NCBI GenBank assembly: GCA_038911065.1
Contig: JBCKBR010000004.1
Span: 1,142-65,141, forward strand
Source of the DNA: Gaiellales bacterium
GTDB taxonomy: Bacteria > Actinomycetota > Thermoleophilia > Gaiellales > F1-60-MAGs149
Direction: 5' to 3'
DNA length: 64,000 nucleotides
This document shows positions 1 through 8,902 of this stretch, piece after piece. The translations under genes were made by a program, and so were the position numbers. The notes beneath the pieces were generated by a model. The model was given only the letters and a program-made list of their open reading frames with translations. It was not told the origin of the DNA and ran no database searches. Each line of letters starts with the position of its first letter. Position 1 is the first letter of the stretch.

Positions 1-1325
1 GCATTAAGGCGTTAGGGCTGCCGGCAGACACGACGATCACGATCTTCTCTGAGGATCTCTCGATCCTTGCGGCCGAGATCACGAAAGCCAAGTTCGAGGA
101 ACAGTCAGGAATCAAACTAAACGTGCAGAAGGCGCCGTTCGGGGAGTACGCCGGCAAGGTGCTAAACGACGCCACAATCAAAGGCGGCGAGTTCGACGTC
201 GTGATGATGGAGACGAATCGGATCGGCGATCTCGACAATGCGGGGTATCTCGCGGATCTGACCGAGTGGGTCATAAAGTATGACCCCGATATCCCAGACT
301 ACATCGCCCCCCAGGGAAAAGTCTGGTCGCAGTACAACGGAAAGTACGTCGGACTCCCCATAGACGGCGACGTCTTCATGTTCTACTACCGCAAGGACCT
401 CCTCGAGGACGCGAAGGAGCAGAAGGCCTTCAGTGCGAAGTACGGGCGCGACCTCGCGGTCCCCAACTCGTACGACGAGTACAACGAGGTCGTCGAGTTC
501 TTCACCCGCCCGGACGACAAGTTGTTCGGGGCCGTCGAGTGGCGCGTGAAGGGCGTCACCTACTGGTGGTTCTGGCAGCGGCTGTGGTCCGCCGGCGGTA
601 CCTACTTCAACGAGGACATGACCGCGGCCATCAACAGCGAAGCTGGCATCAAGGCGCTCGAAGACATGAAGGGGCTGAATTCGTTCATGCCACCCGACAT
701 TCTCTCCTACGGCTACATGGAGACGATCGCCGCGATGCAGAACGGCACTGCCTTCTCGAACATCACGTGGCCGGCCGCGGGTAAGAACATCAACGACCCC
801 AGCACGTCGAAGACGGTCGGTAAGTGGGGATACGCCACAGTCCCTGGCTACGAGGTCGACGGGGCGCTCAACCCGAAGTCGATGTCAGCACCGGGCTACG
901 ACCTCATAGTGTCGAACCACGCGAAGGTGAACAAGGAGGCCGCGTACCTCTACTGCCAGTGGCTCTCCAGCGCGGAGAACCTGATCGAGGCCAACAACAA
1001 CCCCAAGGGCAACACGGACGTCATCCGCGAGTCGATCTTTAACGACCCTGCCGCAGCGACCGCGTTCGCCGGGGCCGACGTGTACCTCCTGGCCCAGAAG
1101 GCGAACTTAGCCCAGGCCGTGCCAGACCCGATCATCCCAGGCTACGGGGAGTACACCCAGGCGCTCGAGATCGAAATCTCAAACTTCATGACGGACAGCA
1201 AGTCGGCTAAGGAGGCCCTAGACAACGCCGCCGAGAAGTGGAACGAGATCACCGAGGGCTTCGGTAAAGACGCGCAACTCGCCATCTGGTCGAACTTCCA
1301 GAAGGTTTACTCGGGCACCGAGTAG
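1..1325 (+). CDS. ABC transporter solute-binding protein, CUT1 (sugar-type) family; 5' end cut by window edge
   Basis: The frame of the listed ORF (123..1325) stays open back to nt 3 (IKALGLPADTTITIFSEDL...). The sequence is W/Y-rich like family-1 extracellular solute-binding proteins. Two MalF/MalG-type permeases follow directly. Confidence 0.85.
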   Translation, partial: IKALGLPADTTITIFSEDLSILAAEITKAKFEEQSGIKLNVQKAPFGEYAGKVLNDATIKGGEFDVVMMETNRIGDLDNAGYLADLTEWVIKYDPDIPDYIAPQGKVWSQYNGKYVGLPIDGDVFMFYYRKDLLEDAKEQKAFSAKYGRDLAVPNSYDEYNEVVEFFTRPDDKLFGAVEWRVKGVTYWWFWQRLWSAGGTYFNEDMTAAINSEAGIKALEDMKGLNSFMPPDILSYGYMETIAAMQNGTAFSNITWPAAGKNINDPSTSKTVGKWGYATVPGYEVDGALNPKSMSAPGYDLIVSNHAKVNKEAAYLYCQWLSSAENLIEANNNPKGNTDVIRESIFNDPAAATAFAGADVYLLAQKANLAQAVPDPIIPGYGEYTQALEIEISNFMTDSKSAKEALDNAAEKWNEITEGFGKDAQLAIWSNFQKVYSGTE

Positions 1326-1340
1326 CATGCAGAGAGTTTA

Positions 1341-2324
1341 GTGCCAACCAGTTCTCCACAACCCTCGTCGTCGAAGTGCGAGTTGCCTACCGGTCTCGCA
1401 GGTCGCCGGCAAAAGGTAGGGCGATCCGGCCGGCCTCGCTCGGCCGGATCGCTCGAACGTCCCCGCGTGCGCTGGTTGTTCATCGCCCCGACAGCGATCC
1501 TGCTGCTAGCGCTCACGGTCTTTCCGTTCTTCTACGCGGTCTACATCAGCCTCCACAAGTGGAAGACCACATTCCCGCTCAAACCGTTCGTGGGTCTACA
1601 GAACTACTCCTCGCTGCTGACGAACGATGAACGGTTCATCAACTCGATCGAGAAAACACTGCTGATCGGCATTGGCGCCCTCAGTATCGAATTCCTATTC
1701 GGGCTCGGTATGGCAGTATTGATGTGGAGCGCATTCCAGCGAATGCGCTGGGTAGCGGCGATTATCCTTCTGCCCCTAATGATCTCACCCGTGGTCGTCG
1801 GCTTCACGGCACGCATGGCCTTCACCGATAGCTACGGTTTCGTCAACCAGATACTCAGCCTCTTGCTGCCAGGTGATGTAAATCTGCTGTGGCTCAGCAA
1901 CCCCACCCTAGCGCCACTCGTGATCATCATCGCCGATGCTTGGCAGTGGGGGCCGTTCCTATTCATACTGTTCCTGGCCGGCTTGCTGGCGAGCACCGGA
2001 GATGAGGTCGAAGCCGCCCGCGTAGATGGTGCCAGCAGCCTGCAGGTGCTCCGCTACGTGGCCCTCCCTAGCATGAAGTACATCATCATTGTCGCGCTCG
2101 TCCTCCGCGGACTTGATCTCCTCAAGATGTTCGACGTGATAGCGCTCGCGACGCGCGGAGGCCCCGGCACCACCACCGAGACGCTGACCTTCTACATCTA
2201 CAATCTAGCGTTCAAGTTTTTCGACCTGGGCTACGCCGCGGCGGCCGCCATCCTGATGCTGATCGGTGTATCGCTGCTCGTCACGTTCGCGATCCGGGCC
2301 ATCTCCCGTCAGACGACGACATGA
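1341..2324 (+). CDS. ABC transporter permease (MalF/UgpA-like)
   Basis: Polytopic membrane protein with the binding-protein-dependent transport motif region (EAARVDGASSLQVLRYVALP). The start is uncertain: GTG 1341 or GTG 1467 (VRWLFIAPTAILL). Confidence 0.85.
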   Translation: MPTSSPQPSSSKCELPTGLAGRRQKVGRSGRPRSAGSLERPRVRWLFIAPTAILLLALTVFPFFYAVYISLHKWKTTFPLKPFVGLQNYSSLLTNDERFINSIEKTLLIGIGALSIEFLFGLGMAVLMWSAFQRMRWVAAIILLPLMISPVVVGFTARMAFTDSYGFVNQILSLLLPGDVNLLWLSNPTLAPLVIIIADAWQWGPFLFILFLAGLLASTGDEVEAARVDGASSLQVLRYVALPSMKYIIIVALVLRGLDLLKMFDVIALATRGGPGTTTETLTFYIYNLAFKFFDLGYAAAAAILMLIGVSLLVTFAIRAISRQTTT

Positions 2325-3160
2325 GTGGTGTTCGCGCAAAGCGAGGTCCGCTCGGCATAGCGCTCCGCATCGCAATCGTTGCGGTCGTCCTTGCTGTCAC
2401 GCTCCTGCCGATCGCCTGGATCATCCTTACATCCCTAAAGCCGCGCGACGAATGGCTGACCGACCCCCCAACGTGGATTCCGAGCGTCTGGACCATCGAC
2501 AGTTACAGTCAGATGTGGGCCGACGGCGGTGGGCGGGCGTTGCTGACGAGCGTCGTAGTCGTCTGCGCGTCGACGCTGATCGCGATCGTGGTGGGATCGC
2601 TAGCCGCCTACAGCTTTAGCCGCTTCCAGACCGGTGGGCCCCACATCGTCTCGTGGATCCTCTCCGTGAAGTTCCTCCCCGCGGTCGTCTTCGCAGTGCC
2701 GCTCCTATTAATGTTCACCAAATTCGGCTTGTACAATAGTTGGCTCGGGCTGATCATCCTCTACACCGCGTTTAGCCTGCCCTTCGTCGTCTGGATGATG
2801 AAGGGGTTCTTCGACGAGGTGCCGATTGAGATCGAGGAATCCGCCCGCGTCGACGGCTGCTCGTGGCTTGGCGTATTCGCGCGCTTCTCAGTGCCCATCG
2901 CGGGCCCTGGGCTCGTCGCGACTACGATTCTGACATTCGCCTTCGGCTGGTCCGAGTTCTTCCTACCGCTCGTGTTCGCCGGTCAAGAGAACTACACGAT
3001 CACCGTACAATTGGCCTCGTACTTCAGCGAGGCAGTGGGACTCGAGTGGGGACCTCAGGCTGCGCTGAGCGTCGTCGGAATGGCGCCGATGTTCATCGCT
3101 GCCTTCGCCATCCAGAAGTATCTGATCCGCGGCATGACCTTCGGCGCGGTGAAGGGATGA
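2321..3160 (+). CDS. ABC transporter permease (MalG/UgpE-like)
   Basis: ATGA start/stop overlap with the upstream permease. Carries the EAA-loop-like EESARVDGCSWLGVFARFSVP and 6 predicted TM segments. Confidence 0.85.
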   Translation: MSGVRAKRGPLGIALRIAIVAVVLAVTLLPIAWIILTSLKPRDEWLTDPPTWIPSVWTIDSYSQMWADGGGRALLTSVVVVCASTLIAIVVGSLAAYSFSRFQTGGPHIVSWILSVKFLPAVVFAVPLLLMFTKFGLYNSWLGLIILYTAFSLPFVVWMMKGFFDEVPIEIEESARVDGCSWLGVFARFSVPIAGPGLVATTILTFAFGWSEFFLPLVFAGQENYTITVQLASYFSEAVGLEWGPQAALSVVGMAPMFIAAFAIQKYLIRGMTFGAVKG

Positions 3161-3179
3161 AAAACAGAGGAGAGCCAAC

Positions 3180-3386
3180 ATGACCATTCAAATAGTGCAA
3201 ACGTTTCCGCATTGCGCGCGATGCGGAAAGATGATGCATATGTCACAGAAACGCATTGTGGCGCAAGGCAACGACGGAGCAGACCACCAGTTCTGCAGCA
3301 TGCTGTGCCGCGACGAGTACGACACATTGCACGGACTCGCCAACGCGGGAACATGGCAAGTACCTACGACCGCCACACGACGATGA
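3180..3386 (+). CDS. Small (68 aa) Cys4 zinc-ribbon/TRASH-like protein, function unknown
   Basis: A GGAGAG SD lies 6 nt upstream of the ATG. The ORF fills the gap between the permease stop (3160) and the hyuA start (3409). Cys pattern is C-x2-C-x23-C-x3-C. Confidence 0.45.
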   Translation: MTIQIVQTFPHCARCGKMMHMSQKRIVAQGNDGADHQFCSMLCRDEYDTLHGLANAGTWQVPTTATRR

Positions 3387-3408
3387 GAAACGATATCGGA
3401 GGGACTTC

Positions 3409-5475
3409 ATGAGCATACGGATAGGAATCGACGTCGGTGGGACATTCACCGACCTGGCGCTATTCGACGAGGAATCCGGAGCGGTGATCGTGAGCAAGGC
3501 ACCAAGCACGCCGCACGACCCGACGATCGGTGTCACGGAAGTCATCCACAAGGCAGGCATTGACAACGGCCGCATCCGCGACCTCATTCACGGCACCACC
3601 ATTGCGACCAATGCGCTCCTCGAGCGCAAGGCGCAGTTGCCCGGACTAATCACGACGAAGGGGTTTCGCGACGTGGTGTTCATCCAACGGATGAACCGCA
3701 AGCACCACTATGACCTAACGTGGGACAAGCCGAAACCGTATGTGCGCCGCGAACACTGTCACGGGGTCGACGAGCGCTGCAACTACAAAGGCGAAGTGCT
3801 GATTTCTCTTGACGAAGAGGGGCTCCGGCAGGCGGTACGAGAACTACGCGACGCCGGTATCCGGGACATCGCCGTCTGCTTCCTTTTCTCCTACCTGAAT
3901 CCCACGAACGAGTTGCGGGCGCGTGAACTCATTGCGGAGGAGCACCCCGCTGCGAAGGTCTCGCTGTCACACGAAGTCTACCCCCGCTGGCGGGAGTACG
4001 ATCGAATGAGCACGACACTCGCCGACGCGTTCCTGAAAACCCTCGTAGCGGACTACGTCAGCAATGTCGCACAAGGATTCGGCCAGATCGGCATCCAAGC
4101 GAACTTCCTGATGATGAAGTCGAATGGCGGCTTGGTGGACTACACGGCAGCTGCCTTGAAGCCCGTCGACCTACTTGTTTCCGGCCCCGTCGGCGGCGTG
4201 CTTAGCGCGGTCTACTTCGGGCGGCTGACGAACCGCCAGAACCTCGTGTCGATGGACATGGGTGGCACCAGCTTTGACGTCAGCCTAATCGCTGAAGGCA
4301 AGGCGAACCGAACTGCTGAGTTCGAAATCGAATGGGGCCTGCCTGTCTACACGCCGATGGTCGACGTCAAGACCATCGGAGCGGGCGGGGGCTCGATCGC
4401 CTGGATCGATAAGGGAGGCCTACTTCGCGTCGGCCCGCAGTCGGCGGGCTCACTCCCCGGGCCTGCGTGCTACGGCCGCGGCGGCACTGAGGCGACGGTA
4501 ACTGACGCGAACGTCGCCCTCGGCCGCATCGGCCCGGACTCCTTCCTCGGCGGCGAGATGCGTCTCGACGTCGACGCGGCGAGGCGGGCGCTCGCCGACA
4601 TCGGCGAGCGCCTCGGCATGAACATCGAGGAAGTCGCAAGTTCGATCATCGAGCTCGTCGACTTCAACATGGTCAACGCGATCCGCTTGGTTTCGATCGA
4701 CAGGGGGCTTGACCCGAGAGAGTTCACCCTTGTGTCGTTCGGCGGGGCCGGCTCACTTCACGCCGGTTCCCTCGCGGAGATTAGCGGGATGCGGGACGTG
4801 CTCGTGCCCATCCATCAGGGGGTCTTCTCTGCGTTCGGGCTGATGACGGCGGACATGCGCGTCGACGAGTCGCAAACCGTCAGCATGCGCTCCGACCTGA
4901 TCGACTTCGCGCGTGTCACCAACTTAATCGAGCGCTTGCGCGGGAACGCGCTTCAACGTATCGCGGCAGAGGGCTACGCCGGTACGCCGTTGCTCGAGAT
5001 CGCTACAGAGATGCGCTACCTCGGACAGAACTACCAGAGCGACATCCCGCTCTCTCTGACGGCCGAAGGAGCGTTCGACGGCGCCTGCCTAGCGAACACG
5101 ATCAGTCATTTCGAGGCCGAGCACGAGCGGCTCTATGGATATGATATACCAGACGAAATCGTCGAATTTGTGACTCTCAAGGTCGTCGCTATTGGGGTCA
5201 CTGAAAAACCCGTGATCGGTAAATTAGAGTCAAATGGCGACGGATCCCCGCGGACCACCCGCGACGTCTACTTCCGTGGTGAGGGTTGGGTTCCGGCCGC
5301 GATCTACAGCCGTGACGACCTGCCGGCCGGAGCGGTCGTGCATGGTCCCGCGGTCATCGAAGAGTCGATGTCCACGACGCTGGTCCACCCCGGGCAGCGC
5401 TGTGATGTCGACCCCTACGGGAACATCATCCTCCACACGCGCGCGAATACGACACAAGACGGGACGGGACACTAA
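3409..5475 (+). CDS. hyuA: Hydantoinase/oxoprolinase A-type subunit (HyuA family, ATP-dependent)
   Basis: Canonical HyuA N-terminus MSIRIGIDVGGTFTDLALFDE with a GGAGGG SD at 3398. The listed ORF start at 3256 is an Arg-rich out-of-context extension. Confidence 0.9.
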   Translation: MSIRIGIDVGGTFTDLALFDEESGAVIVSKAPSTPHDPTIGVTEVIHKAGIDNGRIRDLIHGTTIATNALLERKAQLPGLITTKGFRDVVFIQRMNRKHHYDLTWDKPKPYVRREHCHGVDERCNYKGEVLISLDEEGLRQAVRELRDAGIRDIAVCFLFSYLNPTNELRARELIAEEHPAAKVSLSHEVYPRWREYDRMSTTLADAFLKTLVADYVSNVAQGFGQIGIQANFLMMKSNGGLVDYTAAALKPVDLLVSGPVGGVLSAVYFGRLTNRQNLVSMDMGGTSFDVSLIAEGKANRTAEFEIEWGLPVYTPMVDVKTIGAGGGSIAWIDKGGLLRVGPQSAGSLPGPACYGRGGTEATVTDANVALGRIGPDSFLGGEMRLDVDAARRALADIGERLGMNIEEVASSIIELVDFNMVNAIRLVSIDRGLDPREFTLVSFGGAGSLHAGSLAEISGMRDVLVPIHQGVFSAFGLMTADMRVDESQTVSMRSDLIDFARVTNLIERLRGNALQRIAAEGYAGTPLLEIATEMRYLGQNYQSDIPLSLTAEGAFDGACLANTISHFEAEHERLYGYDIPDEIVEFVTLKVVAIGVTEKPVIGKLESNGDGSPRTTRDVYFRGEGWVPAAIYSRDDLPAGAVVHGPAVIEESMSTTLVHPGQRCDVDPYGNIILHTRANTTQDGTGH

Positions 5476-7260
5476 ATGAGCTCGAAAACTGAATCTATCG
5501 ACCAGATTACCCTTCAGGTCGTCAACAACTACCTCGTGACCACAGCCCGCGAGATGGGCATCGCGATGCGGAACACGTCCTACTCACCGCTGTTCAACGA
5601 GGGCCTCGACTTTTCCTGCGCAATCTTCGACTCCGAGGGTGAAATGATCGCGCAGGCCGAATTCTGCCCCGCACACCTCGGCGCGATCATCTTCATCGTC
5701 GGGTGGACGATCATGGAGATCGGTAGGGATAACTTCCACCCTGGTGACGTGGTCCTCCACAACGACCCGTTCCGGGGCGGCTGCCACCTCCCGGAATACT
5801 GCGTCATCAAGCCCGTGTTCTACGACGATCGACTGGTCGCGTTCACGGCCTGTATTGGTCATATGACAGAAGTAGGCGGCAAAGTCCCCGGCGGCTTCCC
5901 GGGGGACGCCACCGAGGTCTTCCAAGAGGGCCTGCGCATCCCACCCCTCAAGATCGTCGAAGCGGGCAAGGACGTCGACGCCGTGTGGAACATTATCATG
6001 GCGAACGTCCGCACCCCGCGGGTGTCCTTTGGCGACATGAAGGCGATGATCGGTTCCTTGTACGTGGGTGAACGGCGCATCCACGAGCTGCTCGATCGTC
6101 ATGGGGTCGAACGGTTCGCCGCGCTCGGATCCGCAATCAAGGACTACTCCGAGCGCCGTATGCGGGCCGAGATCTCAGAAATGCCCGACGGCGAGTACGA
6201 GTTCGCGGATCTGGTCATCGAAGATGACGGGATCACCAACGAGCCAGCCTGCCTGAGGGTCAAGGTCACGATCGCTGGTGATCAGTTAACTGTCGACTAC
6301 ACAGGTAGCGACCCGCAGCGTCGAGGGCCCGTCAACTGCACGTATGGCGTAACGGCTTCGGCAACGTATAACGCCCTGCTACACATCACCGATAACTCGA
6401 TCCCGTCGAATCACGGCTGCTACCGGCCAGTGCGCATCATCGCCCCGATCGGAACGATCGTGAACGTGCAGTACCCAGGCGCCAGCGTTGGTGGGAATTC
6501 TGAGATCCACCCCCATCTCGTTATGTCGATCTATGGCGCCCTGCACCAGGCTCTTCCTGATCGCGTGTCGGCGCACGACGGCGGAACATCGGCGTTGATG
6601 GCGGTCGGCGGCGTCCACCCGGATACGGGTGAGGTCTTCGCGAACCTCACGAACGAGGGTTGCGGGTGGGGCGGGACAGCATCCAAGGACGGAAACAACG
6701 CCCTCTGTATTCCAAATGGCAACTGCGCCCTGCAACCGATTGAGATTCTGGAGACGCGTTACCCAATGCTGCACGAGGCACTGGAGATCGCCGAGGGATC
6801 GGCGGGCGCAGGTCGTAACCGCGGCGGTTTTGGATACGCGCGACAGTACCGCGTGCTCTCGGAGTACATGCGCCTGTCGTGCTTCGTGGAGAAGATGCAC
6901 CAGCGACCGTGGGGCCTGTTCGGTGGCGAGCCGGGAAAGAACTCGACGCTGCTAGTCGATCGTGGCGGCCATGACGACTGGAAGACGTTCCCCGAGGCAT
7001 TTGGCGTCGCCTGCACCGGCAAGTTCTCCGACGCGTATCTCGACTACGGCGATCGCGTCCGCGTCACGACGTCGGGTGGAGGTGGATACGGCGACCCACT
7101 TGAGCGCGATCTCGATCGCGTAGCCGATGACGTCACGCAGGGGTTCATCTCGCATGAACAGGCAACAGAGGAGTACGGCGTCGTCTTCACGGATGACCTC
7201 ACCAATATCGACCATGGCGCGACAGAGACCTTTCGTGCGAATCAAAAAGGAACACGATGA
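5476..7260 (+). CDS. hyuB: Hydantoinase B/oxoprolinase subunit (HyuB family)
   Basis: Starts on the nucleotide after the hyuA stop. HyuB-like motifs are present (DPFRGGCHLPE, GGGGYGDPLERD). Confidence 0.9.
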   Translation: MSSKTESIDQITLQVVNNYLVTTAREMGIAMRNTSYSPLFNEGLDFSCAIFDSEGEMIAQAEFCPAHLGAIIFIVGWTIMEIGRDNFHPGDVVLHNDPFRGGCHLPEYCVIKPVFYDDRLVAFTACIGHMTEVGGKVPGGFPGDATEVFQEGLRIPPLKIVEAGKDVDAVWNIIMANVRTPRVSFGDMKAMIGSLYVGERRIHELLDRHGVERFAALGSAIKDYSERRMRAEISEMPDGEYEFADLVIEDDGITNEPACLRVKVTIAGDQLTVDYTGSDPQRRGPVNCTYGVTASATYNALLHITDNSIPSNHGCYRPVRIIAPIGTIVNVQYPGASVGGNSEIHPHLVMSIYGALHQALPDRVSAHDGGTSALMAVGGVHPDTGEVFANLTNEGCGWGGTASKDGNNALCIPNGNCALQPIEILETRYPMLHEALEIAEGSAGAGRNRGGFGYARQYRVLSEYMRLSCFVEKMHQRPWGLFGGEPGKNSTLLVDRGGHDDWKTFPEAFGVACTGKFSDAYLDYGDRVRVTTSGGGGYGDPLERDLDRVADDVTQGFISHEQATEEYGVVFTDDLTNIDHGATETFRANQKGTR

Positions 7261-8153
7261 GCAACAACACACCGAAATCGGCAGACGTTTCGCCCCAACG
7301 CATCACGGGATTTCTACCGCCGATCGCGACGCCGATGCAGGATGGGAAGTTGGACATCCCCAGCCTGCACTCCCAACTCGACTACATCTCCGATCACGTC
7401 GCCGGCTATCTCGTCGGCGGCAGCATTGGCGAAGTCGCGAGCCTGACCCTCGAGGAACGTCAGCACGTGATGCGCGCGTGTGCCGACCACAGCGGGTCGA
7501 CACGGCGCCTCGCCGTCTCCGTCTCTGACAACTGCCTAGCCAACTGTAGACGCCTTACGGAGACCGCCGCCGAGGTCGGCGCCGACCTGGTCATGGTGTC
7601 GAGTCCGAATTACTTCACCAACAACCGTGACATGCTGGTTGCTTACTACGGCGCGATCGGCGAGTTCAGTCCCACCGAGATCTGCCTCTACGACAATCCG
7701 ATTCAGAGCCATACGCTGCTGAGCGTCGCTGACATCGCGGCGATCGCTAAGGCCGTACCGACACTCACGCACATCAAGGTGACGGATACGGCCATCGAGA
7801 AGGTCGCCGCGATTCGCGCGGCGACCGATCTCGTCATCCTCGCCGGCGACGACGCCGTGCTCTGGCACCAACTCGATCGCGGCGCTGAGGGAGGCATGGT
7901 CGCCCTGCCACTAATCTACCCACAGATCGCGAGCGACGTCTGGGATGCCCTGCAAAGCGGTGACCGCGATGCGGCCTATTCCCGCTACTCCGACGCCACG
8001 CGCTTCATGCATATCGCCTTCGGAGCGGCAGACTTCGTGGCGGTTGTGAAGATGGTGCTACACCACAAGGGCGTGATCGCATCCTCGGAGATGCGGATCC
8101 CGCTCGTCATGCCACCGGCACACCGCTGCACGGAGATCCTCGCCGCCCTATGA
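7257..8153 (+). CDS. Dihydrodipicolinate synthase/N-acetylneuraminate lyase family (class I aldolase) protein
   Basis: ATGA overlap with hyuB. DapA-family signatures are present: GGSIGE (GTTGE-like), YDNP (Tyr motif) and HIKVTD (Schiff-base Lys). Confidence 0.8.
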   Translation: MSNNTPKSADVSPQRITGFLPPIATPMQDGKLDIPSLHSQLDYISDHVAGYLVGGSIGEVASLTLEERQHVMRACADHSGSTRRLAVSVSDNCLANCRRLTETAAEVGADLVMVSSPNYFTNNRDMLVAYYGAIGEFSPTEICLYDNPIQSHTLLSVADIAAIAKAVPTLTHIKVTDTAIEKVAAIRAATDLVILAGDDAVLWHQLDRGAEGGMVALPLIYPQIASDVWDALQSGDRDAAYSRYSDATRFMHIAFGAADFVAVVKMVLHHKGVIASSEMRIPLVMPPAHRCTEILAAL

Positions 8154-8902
8154 CGCTTCTTCAGAATCGCACAGCCTTGGTCACCGGAGCCGGATCAGGC
8201 ATCGGCTCGGCGATCGCACGAGCGCTGGCAGTTCATGGCGCTCACGTGATCGCCTGCAGCCGCAGCGGTTCGGCCGAGTCGGTGGCCGAAGATGCGCGTA
8301 ACGCGGGCCTGCGGATGGAGGCGGTGACCTTCGACTTGGAAGATGAGGCCGCGGTGGAGACTGCGGCACATGAGGCCCTATCGCATCACGAGGCGCTCGA
8401 CATCCTCGTAAACAACGCCGGTATCAACATACCCGCGCGCATCGAAGACATCTGCACAGCGGATGCGGCCCGGATGTTCCGCGTCAATGTGGCCGCGCCG
8501 ATGCAGCTCACCCGACTGGCCCTGCCGAGCCTGCGGCGGAGTCCCCACCCGCGGATTGTCAACATCGGCTCCTGGCTTGATCGCTCTCCGGCCCCGGGCT
8601 ACATCGCCTACTCCGCGAGCAAGGCGGCGCTGCTCAGTTTCACTCGCGGCGCGGCACTCGAGCTCGCCGCGGAGAACATCACGGTCAACGCGGTTTGCCC
8701 AGGCAATGTCTGGACGCCTATCTGGATCGGCGCTGACGGGAACCGTGGCGCCAGGGCCAACTTCGAATCTTCGATCCAGATGCAGCCAATCAAGCGCGGC
8801 GTCGACCCAGAAGAAGTGGCGGCCGCGGTCGTGTATCTGGTGTGCGACGACGCGCGCAGCATCACCGGCGAGGCCATCTATGTCGCCAGCGGACTGCGAT
8901 GA
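8150..8902 (+). CDS. SDR-family oxidoreductase
   Basis: TGAGSGIG cofactor motif, NNAG, and the YSASK catalytic motif. ATGA overlap upstream. Confidence 0.85.
   Translation: MTLLQNRTALVTGAGSGIGSAIARALAVHGAHVIACSRSGSAESVAEDARNAGLRMEAVTFDLEDEAAVETAAHEALSHHEALDILVNNAGINIPARIEDICTADAARMFRVNVAAPMQLTRLALPSLRRSPHPRIVNIGSWLDRSPAPGYIAYSASKAALLSFTRGAALELAAENITVNAVCPGNVWTPIWIGADGNRGARANFESSIQMQPIKRGVDPEEVAAAVVYLVCDDARSITGEAIYVASGLR

Noticed and set aside
3256-3408. N-terminal 51-codon extension of HyuA given by the ORF track.
   Set aside because: The extension is Arg/Thr-rich and overlaps the SD-preceded Cys4 ORF in another frame. The canonical HyuA N-terminus (MSIRIGIDVGGT) with its own SD starts at 3409.
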